Position numbers and translations under genes: made by a program. Of a stretch of DNA of 14,625 nucleotides, positions 8,557 through 14,625 are shown in pieces (position 1 is the stretch's first letter; every line of letters starts with the position of its first letter). A model generated the notes under the pieces. It did not search any database, was not told the DNA's origin, and was given only the letters and a program-made list of their open reading frames with translations. Source of the DNA: an uncultured bacterium (lineage in GTDB: Bacteria > Auribacterota > Erginobacteria > Erginobacterales > Erginobacteraceae); NCBI GenBank assembly GCA_963822585.1, contig CAWGIE010000006.1, positions 1 to 14,625 on the forward strand, in the 5' to 3' direction.

Positions 8557-8880
8557 ATGAGTAAGCAGCGTCGTCACTTTGCCGATCACGAGAAAGTCGC
8601 CATCATCAAACGGCATCTCCTCGAAAAAGTACCCATCTCTGATCTGTGCGATCAACTCAACATCTACCCCAGCCAAGTCCACGACTGGCTCAAAAAGTTC
8701 TTCGAGAACGGCCACCTCGCCTTCGCCAATGGCCGCGATGGACGCCAGGCCAAGGCCGCTCAAGATGCCAAGGATCTCAAAATCCAGCAGCTCGAAGCCA
8801 AGGTCCAGAAGAAAAACGAGGTCATGGCCGAGCTCATGGAGGCTCTCACCGAGGAAAAAAAAAGAACTGGGGATCACTGA
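8557..8880 (+). CDS. IS3-family OrfA (HTH + coiled coil)
   Basis: Same protein sequence as copy 1 OrfA; GGAGG RBS. Confidence 0.92.
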   Translation: MSKQRRHFADHEKVAIIKRHLLEKVPISDLCDQLNIYPSQVHDWLKKFFENGHLAFANGRDGRQAKAAQDAKDLKIQQLEAKVQKKNEVMAELMEALTEEKKRTGDH

Positions 8881-8902
8881 CCAAATGTTGGGTACCCCAC
8901 GA
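8838..8902 (+). other. Programmed -1 ribosomal frameshift signal (mirror copy at ~6954-7018 on the minus strand)
   Basis: Internal SD-like GGAGG (8838-8842), slippery A9G containing A-AAA-AAG (8855-8864), downstream stem tgggg...cccca with inner ccaa/ttgg. orfB is in the -1 frame relative to orfA, and both copies have the same A-run length. Confidence 0.8.
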
Positions 8903-10238
8903 CACCCGCGACCTCATCGTCGATTTCGTCCGGGCATGGAGCGACAAGACCGACATCCCCGTCGCACGCTTCATGCCCTGGCTCGGCATCACCCGCAGCA
9001 AGTATCACGACTGGGTCAACCGCTTCGGCAAGGTCAACGAGCACAACGCCTGGGTGCCTCGTGACCATTGGCTCACCGATGATGAGAAGCTACGCATCTG
9101 CAACTTCGCCCGCGCCAACCCCCTCGAAGGCTATCGCCGCATGACCTTCATGATGCTCGATGCCGATGTCGTTGCCTGCAGCCCGGCCAGTGTCTATCGC
9201 GTTCTCAAAAAGGCGGGACTCCTGGCCGGGCCCACTCCCAAACCCACCAAGAAAGGCACCGGCTATGTGCAACCCCTCAAGCCCCATCAAGAGTGGCATG
9301 TCGATGTCAGCTACCTCAACATCGCCGGCACCTTCTACTTCCTGTGCTCGGTGCTCGATGGCTACAGCCGTTTCATCGTCCATCACGAAATCCGCGAGAA
9401 AATGGAGCAAAACGACGTGCAAACCATCATCCAACGCGCCCGTGAGTGTCACCCCGGTGTCACTCCACGCATCATCTCCGACAACGGCCCGCAGTTCATC
9501 GCCAAGGATTTCAAGGAGTTCATTCGTGTCACAGGTATGTCACACGTTCGCACTTCGCCCTACCATCCCCAGAGCAACGGCAAGCTCGAACGCTGGCACA
9601 AAACCCTCAAAGGAGACTGCATCCGCACCAAAGTGCCCCTGTCTCTCGACGAGGCCCGACGACTCGTTCTGGAATACGTGGACTATTACAACAACGTCCG
9701 CTTGCACAGTGCCATCGGCTACATCACGCCCAACGACAAACTGCTCGGCAACGACAAAGCCATTCATGCCGAACGCGACCGCAAACTGGCCGAGGCTCGC
9801 GAACGCCGCAAAGACATGCGCCAGACCCGGCAGGAACAGACGGAGCCATACGCCGATTCATCGCGGCCTGCCATCGACTTCGCAACGCTGCGAGCCGCCA
9901 TCAGCATCACGCAGGTGTTGGCCCTGCTGGGGTTCACGGCACGCACGGATCATCACGGCCAACAACGCGGCTCCTGTCCGTTCCACGCCACCAACCGAGG
10001 CACGGCCCGTTGCTTCAGCGTCAACACACACGCCCACACGTTCCACTGCTTCAAGTGCAATCGCTCGGGCAACGCCTTGGACCTGTGGGCCGCAACCCAG
10101 CAATTGTCGATCTACGATGCCGCCCTGGACCTGTGTGGGAGGTTAAACCTTGCTGTACCAACATTGCCCCGAGCCGCCAACGCGAACAGAGAAGAGGAAA
10201 CCGTAGTCACAGGATCAAGCACCAGTACAATCCCCTGA
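8856..10238 (+). CDS. IS3-family OrfB: DDE (rve) transposase with C-terminal CHC2 zinc-finger domain; predicted OrfAB fusion (8557-10238)
   Basis: Same motifs as copy 1; one amino-acid difference (FAALR vs FATLR). Confidence 0.92.
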   Translation, partial: KKKNWGSLTKCWVPHDTRDLIVDFVRAWSDKTDIPVARFMPWLGITRSKYHDWVNRFGKVNEHNAWVPRDHWLTDDEKLRICNFARANPLEGYRRMTFMMLDADVVACSPASVYRVLKKAGLLAGPTPKPTKKGTGYVQPLKPHQEWHVDVSYLNIAGTFYFLCSVLDGYSRFIVHHEIREKMEQNDVQTIIQRARECHPGVTPRIISDNGPQFIAKDFKEFIRVTGMSHVRTSPYHPQSNGKLERWHKTLKGDCIRTKVPLSLDEARRLVLEYVDYYNNVRLHSAIGYITPNDKLLGNDKAIHAERDRKLAEARERRKDMRQTRQEQTEPYADSSRPAIDFATLRAAISITQVLALLGFTARTDHHGQQRGSCPFHATNRGTARCFSVNTHAHTFHCFKCNRSGNALDLWAATQQLSIYDAALDLCGRLNLAVPTLPRAANANREEETVVTGSSTSTIP

Positions 10239-10311
10239 GCGGTCCCAAGCCCGCGTTCCTTAACCGCTAACGTGAGCCCAGCAATCTTCCAATTCAGGCT
10301 GAACCATTACA

Positions 10312-10665
10312 AGCGTTCATGGGATGGGTTGCCGTGTAAATTTGAACGGCAGGCCCGATTTGGGTGAAGTCACCGATCCTCACCTGGCAAACATCAAGAA
10401 TTACGCAGTTGAAATTGAAGAAGACCCGTTCGCCCAGGAGGATGTTCGAACCGTAATCGCAGAAGAAGGGCGGCTGCATCCAAACCGAATCACCGCCCTC
10501 ACCGAATAGTGCGATCAGAATTCGGCGTCGGGCTTCCTGGTCAATTTCACGAGTGGCATTCAAGTCTTGGCACAAATCTCTGGCCCGCTCCCTGGCCTCC
10601 ATGAGTTCCGGGTCGAGCGGGTTGTAGAATTCACCCGCAAGCATCTTTTCCTTTTCGCTTCGCAT
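10312..10665 (-). pseudogene. maa: Maltose/sugar O-acetyltransferase, 5' fragment (interrupted by IS3 copy 2)
   Basis: MRSEKEKMLAGEFYNPLDPEL (Mac domain)..PPFFCDYGSNI..FFNFNCVILD..IGPAVQIYTATHP; AGGAG RBS. Confidence 0.92.
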
Positions 10666-10747
10666 GGTGGCTCCTGCGTCAAACATCTTTTTCCTTGACG
10701 CCCTTCTTGCGGGTGAGGGAGTCATCGAAGGGCATTATGCTCCGTCA

Positions 10748-12046
10748 TCAAGTGCATTGCCAAAAGAACCCGCTGACCTTGCACTGGTCGCACCAGAAAC
10801 CGTAGCAGATTCCGCCACTGCCCCAGAGCCATTCACGCTCCTCGTCCATTGGCAGATCCGAATCAAGCTGCATCAGGTAGGGCATGATCTTCTGGCAAAG
10901 CGGACAGTGAGGGTACTCGGCGTCCTGAATCCAGCAAGGCTCACCACCAATGCGGTTGAGGTTTTCTCGGCTGTTGCTCAATGCCCAATCCTGCCAGTAC
11001 CAGCGTCGAGGAGTTTCAGCCAGTTTTGTTTCCGTTCCCTTCAATGGGCCAACCGGAAACTGAGGCTTCACGGCAGGGCCGTCGTAGCCGACGCTTGTTG
11101 GACAACCATACTGGTCATGGCGATAGAAAAGCGGCTGTTTTGTCCAGCCCAAGCATGAAAGGCATGTGGCAAGTTCGAGACGTGGCATCCGAGTGATGCC
11201 CAGACCAGTCGGAAGCGGTTCAAGGAGAATCAATCGGTGCAACGTCTCGCCGCACAGCGAACATCGGTTGGTGCTGACGCCGCCGATTTGAACTGATTGT
11301 GTTGAGGCACGCAGCTTCCACGTCGGATGGATTCTCTCAAGCCAAGGAGGGCGGGCGTTTGGCTCAAAATACGAATCAGCAAACTGAATGTGATAGAGGG
11401 CGTCGGGAACTGTACGTTGCAAAGAGTGACCGTCGTGATGAAAGCCGACCAGGTGCAGGCTGCGTGTGATCCACTCGGGTTGAGGCCAACCATCAGGAGC
11501 AAGACCAGGCAACTTTGCACAAGAAACGGCGTACTCGATGGCATTGGCGTATCGTGTCTCGCACAAATTCGACCAGGCTCGTGTACGAGTCTCGTTGTTC
11601 GATGCCGAGCTTTCGATGACACCCCGCAGATAGTCGATATGCAGGTCCCCCGACTCCCGCCAGGAAAAACGTTCGTAGTACGAGTTCTTGTTCGGCCTGA
11701 CCTGGAAAATGCGTGTCAGATGTGGGTGCAACGCCAACGGACACTGCAAGCTGGCGTAGGCGATCACGGATTCAGCCGCATCATTCTTGCCTCTTGATGC
11801 TTCGAGAACGTCCAGGGCGTTCTCGACAAGTGCGTGCCAATCTTCTAGGGGCAGGTAAGTTAAAGCTCCATCGAGGAACGTGCCGCCCTTCGGAAACCGT
11901 TTCATGACGGCAACAGCGAGATCGCTCACCGCCTCTGGGTGAGAAGTAGCGAGGGACGTGGCTTCTACTACCGGAGCAACCGGTACTCCTCGTTTCTCCA
12001 GTGATTCGACGATAGCTTCGATCTGCTGCTGTGGTGATTGCTCCAT
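10748..12046 (-). CDS. DUF1963/YwqG-like domain protein (432 aa) with several CxxC pairs
   Basis: C-terminal IGGEPCWIQDAEYPHCPLCQKIMPYLMQLDS..WGSGGICYGFWCDQC..FFWQCT; AGGGGG RBS. Confidence 0.75.
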   Translation of the reverse strand: MEQSPQQQIEAIVESLEKRGVPVAPVVEATSLATSHPEAVSDLAVAVMKRFPKGGTFLDGALTYLPLEDWHALVENALDVLEASRGKNDAAESVIAYASLQCPLALHPHLTRIFQVRPNKNSYYERFSWRESGDLHIDYLRGVIESSASNNETRTRAWSNLCETRYANAIEYAVSCAKLPGLAPDGWPQPEWITRSLHLVGFHHDGHSLQRTVPDALYHIQFADSYFEPNARPPWLERIHPTWKLRASTQSVQIGGVSTNRCSLCGETLHRLILLEPLPTGLGITRMPRLELATCLSCLGWTKQPLFYRHDQYGCPTSVGYDGPAVKPQFPVGPLKGTETKLAETPRRWYWQDWALSNSRENLNRIGGEPCWIQDAEYPHCPLCQKIMPYLMQLDSDLPMDEEREWLWGSGGICYGFWCDQCKVSGFFWQCT

Positions 12047-12060
12047 TTGTCGGTCCCCCT

Positions 12061-12297
12061 TTATCCTCTCTGCTTCAAGCGTTCGTCAATGGCCTGCTTC
12101 CAAAGTGCGGGGTCGCCCAGGTTCACGGCCACGTTGATCCCAACGTTTTCGAGCAGCAGTCCCAGCATGTTCAGCTGCCCCTCGTTGCTCCAAAACATCT
12201 GCCCGATCAGTTCGATCTTCTCCGGACACAACTTGTGCTAATTCTGCTCGATCTCAGCACGGCTCCATTGCGACCCTGACGGAATGTTAAATTCCAT
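12061..12297 (-). pseudogene. Small hypothetical gene (78 codons) with in-frame TAG at codon 20
   Basis: GAGG RBS; MEFNIPSGSQWSRAEIEQN*HKLCPEKIELIGQMFWSNEGQLNMLGLLLENVGINVAVNLGDPALWKQAIDERLKQRG*; stop lies just before the RBS of the 12046 gene. Confidence 0.65.
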
Positions 12298-12423
12298 GAC
12301 TATGCCTCGGTAATGCGGTGCGAATTTTGATCGTGTTCCTTGGCTGATTCTACCGGAGGTCATTGGCATCTGTAGAATCACGAGAACGAGAAATATTTAG
12401 CTTTGGGCCGAAGAAGGTGGCTG

Positions 12424-12939
12424 ATGATTTTTCGACTTTCGCAAAAGCTGAACACCAAGATCAAAGCAGGCCGCTTGGCGACATTGCCATCGGACGAGAA
12501 CCCATTTGCTGACTGGTCGGCCAATTTGTTCGTGTCGAGCCGAACGCCGTACATCCTCCTGACGAACACGAAGTCGCTTTATTCCACTGTGATGTTCGGC
12601 AAGGGCAACTCGAATGACGGCCTGTTCATCGAGAACGCTCTGGCCGCCATCCGGGAGTTCATGGAGGCTGATGGGCAAGCATTCATTTATCATCGCTTCA
12701 TTGCACCAGCCAGCGAAACCGTGCAATTTGCCAAGGCGTTGGATCGCTCCGTCACCGGCTCGATGAACGAATTCACAAAGTTTGCGACGTACTGGCTGGC
12801 TGATGGCGAAGAGTCCCCATTTGAAATCGGCTTCAAACTGAACGACACACCGATGTCGGCGTTGGGACAAGGCAAGTCCTCATCGCATGGCTTTCCCAAG
12901 GATGTGTTCAAAACGTTGGCGGACAGCATCAGAAAGTGA
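12424..12939 (+). CDS. DUF6933-like hypothetical protein
   Basis: MIFRLSQKLNTKIK..FADWSANLF..YILLTNTKSLYS..DRSVTGSMNE..LNDTPM..PKDVF pattern; GAAGG RBS. Confidence 0.7.
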   Translation: MIFRLSQKLNTKIKAGRLATLPSDENPFADWSANLFVSSRTPYILLTNTKSLYSTVMFGKGNSNDGLFIENALAAIREFMEADGQAFIYHRFIAPASETVQFAKALDRSVTGSMNEFTKFATYWLADGEESPFEIGFKLNDTPMSALGQGKSSSHGFPKDVFKTLADSIRK

Positions 12940-12946
12940 GCATCAA

Positions 12947-13327
12947 ATGGAAAGGCCCCTTCCCCAAACGCCTGCCCAATGGCTGAAAGAGATTGTCTTG
13001 GCAATCGCCGACGCTTCCGAGGCCAAACCGTTCAGCCCTCTTGCTGGCACCGAAGTCACGGATGAGAATCTCTTTCACATGGCTCCGCTAGTGTGCCTGA
13101 AGTTTCGTGGCAGAAAGCTGAAGGGACGAGAGGCGGATCGGGTCATCAAGGTTGCCCTGGCGAACTACGTTGCGAACACCGATCCTGACGGAATCGACCA
13201 CGGCCTGGAGCATCATCCAATGATGGCCTTCACGCTTTGCTACGTCGCTGCCCACCTTGCCCTTGAACTGGTCGATGAGCAAGAGGCCGAGGCGATTCTC
13301 GTTTATTGCGAAGATCATTTGGGGTAG
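12947..13327 (+). CDS. Hypothetical helical protein (126 aa)
   Basis: ATG 7 bp after the upstream stop; operon-like packing. Confidence 0.7.
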   Translation: MERPLPQTPAQWLKEIVLAIADASEAKPFSPLAGTEVTDENLFHMAPLVCLKFRGRKLKGREADRVIKVALANYVANTDPDGIDHGLEHHPMMAFTLCYVAAHLALELVDEQEAEAILVYCEDHLG

Positions 13328-13330
13328 ACC

Positions 13331-13726
13331 ATGCTGAACCTTCACAAAATCTGGATTGAGCAGTGCGATGCGGCCAGGGGAATCGAAGTTGAGTTTGGCA
13401 CCGTGGATGCCATCAAATACCTCGTTGGCGAGAAGTTCTTGAGCTTCCTCGATACTGCTGAAAAGAATGCCGCTTTTCGGGCCGAGATTCCAGCGTTTGT
13501 CGCCGAGATCAAGACGATTTTCGAGCAATGGCAACTCGCCGAATACCTGGAGAAGGCGGGATGGACGGAGCCATTCGATCCTAACTTGTACGACGACGAA
13601 GACGACGAGGATTACGACCCAGAAGAGATCGAAATGGAACGCAAGGCCAACATTCGCCGAGTCGCCAGGGAAATGCTGTTGCTTGAGCGGGCCAAGGAGT
13701 GGCTGCTGGAGGATGATAGGCGGTGA
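13331..13726 (+). CDS. Hypothetical protein (131 aa) with acidic tract
   Basis: Operon-like packing (3-bp gap), GGGG RBS, plausible helical sequence. Confidence 0.75.
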   Translation: MLNLHKIWIEQCDAARGIEVEFGTVDAIKYLVGEKFLSFLDTAEKNAAFRAEIPAFVAEIKTIFEQWQLAEYLEKAGWTEPFDPNLYDDEDDEDYDPEEIEMERKANIRRVAREMLLLERAKEWLLEDDRR

Positions 13727-14304
13727 AAGAAGCATTGATGCCCAACATTCATCAACTGACGCTCCTCCTGATACCGAGCACGAAAAGAGCGCCACTGGCG
13801 AGCGTGCCGGAAGCGCCACCTCGAAGGCGTGGGGCCAAACCGTATCCTTCGAAGGGAATGGACCTTACCAGTGTCCTTCTGTGTCTTCCTTCGTTCGGGT
13901 GGCGCTGGCGAGCCGCTCAAATCTGGCGCCATTTTTTTGCTCGGTATCACCTCCCCGATACCTTCGCTATTTGCAGGCTCAATGCCGATGCCGCCATTCC
14001 TGATTGGGCCACCGAAGGCTTTTCATCGGTCACTCGAACATCGAACGAACTGTCCATCGTCTGCCTGCAATCACACGTCCCAGACAGCATCAAGCATGAG
14101 AAAGACTGGCGGTGCTTTCAACTTGAAGGTCCGATCCTCTTCACGATGGTCGGCGTTTTGTCGTCGCTGATTCAACCATTGGCCGAGGCAGGTATCAGCG
14201 TGTTTGCCGTTTCGACTTTCGATACTGACTACGTGTTGGTGAAGGCGGCTGATGTGGGAGGAGCAATTAAGGCATGGCGGGGAAATGGATATCAATTCAC
14301 GTAA
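13723..14304 (+). CDS. ACT-domain protein (ACT_7/CASTOR-like) carrying a 62-codon in-frame MITE insertion; start GTG 13723 or ATG 13738
   Basis: DTFAICRL..SVTRTSNELSIVC..WRCFQLEGP..MVGVLSSLIQPLAEAGISVFAVSTFDTDYVLVK. Confidence 0.85.
   Translation: MKEALMPNIHQLTLLLIPSTKRAPLASVPEAPPRRRGAKPYPSKGMDLTSVLLCLPSFGWRWRAAQIWRHFFARYHLPDTFAICRLNADAAIPDWATEGFSSVTRTSNELSIVCLQSHVPDSIKHEKDWRCFQLEGPILFTMVGVLSSLIQPLAEAGISVFAVSTFDTDYVLVKAADVGGAIKAWRGNGYQFT
13769..13949. mobile_element. 181-bp non-autonomous MITE with IS21-like ends and 5-bp TSD CCTCC
   Basis: TGATACCGAGCA...TGCTCGGTATCA (12/12 terminal match, 38/52 over the extended IR); CCTCC at 13764-13768 and 13950-13954; excision restores LTLLPDTF. Confidence 0.9.
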
Positions 14305-14333
14305 GACTACATTCAGTCCAGGGAGATTCTATT

Positions 14334-14625
14334 GTGGGCGATTTCTTGCAATGGGCAGGTAGCGGAATCCTCGTGGGAATCGGCTGGATTGTGAAGGAAC
14401 TATGGGCGATCACAAAGCAGCGGGACCAAGATTCGTTCAAAGCTACGATCGAACTGAGACGGATCGAGCATGAAGTTCGATTCAAGCACGTGTATGACAA
14501 GGTATCAGACAACTTAATCCAGCTTTCACCGAAAATTACCAAAGTGAAGCGTGACTTCAAGCGGTACTTTGAAGACCTAGAGTTCACTGGAGAACCACCA
14601 AAGAAGGAACAGTACCGTATTTATT
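14334..14625 (+). CDS. Hypothetical protein with N-terminal membrane anchor, partial (runs off the window)
   Basis: AGGGAG RBS, GTG 14334, open to the window end: MGDFLQWAGSGILVGIGWIVKELWAITKQRDQDSFKATIELRRIEHEVRF... Confidence 0.65.
   Translation, partial: MGDFLQWAGSGILVGIGWIVKELWAITKQRDQDSFKATIELRRIEHEVRFKHVYDKVSDNLIQLSPKITKVKRDFKRYFEDLEFTGEPPKKEQYRIY

Larger units (their letters stand above)
8488..10311 (+). mobile_element. IS3-family insertion sequence, copy 2 (1824 bp), with 4-bp TSD AGCG
   Basis: TGTTTTGCC...CCATTACA ends; AGCG at 8484-8487 and 10312-10315; removing the IS plus one AGCG restores the maa frame (HPMNADLRR). Confidence 0.96.

Noticed and set aside
8646..8855. Upstream start of the 530-aa ORF (MRSTQHLPQP...), and its mirror at 7210
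   Set aside because: It is the shadow frame of orfA; OrfB similarity begins at the A9G slippery site.
9873..10160. A DNA primase gene (dnaG) or a separate passenger ORF
   Set aside because: There is no TOPRIM or catalytic core, and the zinc domain is in frame with the DDE domain with no intervening stop in either copy.
9160..10270. Long overlapping ORFs of 328 aa and 274 aa (and mirrors 5710-6696, 5586-6410)
   Set aside because: They have low-complexity P/S/T/R/H-rich shadow composition, and the copy-to-copy SNPs are synonymous in OrfB but change residues in these frames.
5545..10311. Composite transposon that arrived as one unit carrying ridA
   Set aside because: The outer flanks (GGTC / AGCG) are not a direct repeat, and each IS copy separately splits a resident gene whose halves lie on both sides of it.
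8488..10311. IS481-family assignment based on TGT...ACA ends
   Set aside because: Two ORFs joined by a -1 frameshift with an HTH/leucine-zipper OrfA fit IS3; IS481 elements usually encode a single ORF. The IS3 subgroup was not determined.
13088..13819. 243-aa minus-strand ORF and other antisense ORFs (e.g. 2816-3313, 12397-12870, 14297-14587)
   Set aside because: They are antisense to better-supported, RBS-bearing, operon-packed + strand genes.
10748..14625. Integron cassette array explaining the run of small unrelated genes
   Set aside because: I found no RYYYAAC...GTTRRRY attC structures in the very short intergenic gaps, and no integron integrase.
1..14625. CRISPR array, tRNA or rRNA genes
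   Set aside because: No regularly spaced direct repeats with spacers and no recognisable structural RNA motifs were seen.

Overview
Bacterial accessory region, possibly from a planctomycete (inferred from gene content only), crowded with mobile DNA. From left to right it holds: (1) an ISAzo13-family IS (~4-1321) with near-perfect IRs and a transposase broken by about 6 single-base indels; (2) a lower-GC + strand cluster of small phage/ICE-like ORFs (1447-~3276); (3) minus-strand genes for a SAM methyltransferase, an EEP-family protein and a hypothetical protein; (4) two inverted 1824-bp copies (5545-7368 -, 8488-10311 +) of an IS3-family element; (5) a RidA gene between the two copies; (6) DUF1963, DUF6933 and hypothetical genes; (7) an ACT-domain gene carrying an in-frame 181-bp IS21-like MITE with a 5-bp TSD. 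The main finding is that the IS3 OrfB DDE transposase is fused in frame to a C-terminal DnaG-type CHC2 primase zinc-binding domain. The two copies differ almost only inside that domain, and 10 of the 11 changes there are synonymous. Copy 2 splits a maa-like acetyltransferase gene with a 4-bp TSD, while copy 1 splits a DUF4242 gene with no TSD. The dense indels in the first ~4.6 kb look like sequencing or consensus errors. All family assignments come from motif recognition, not database searches.
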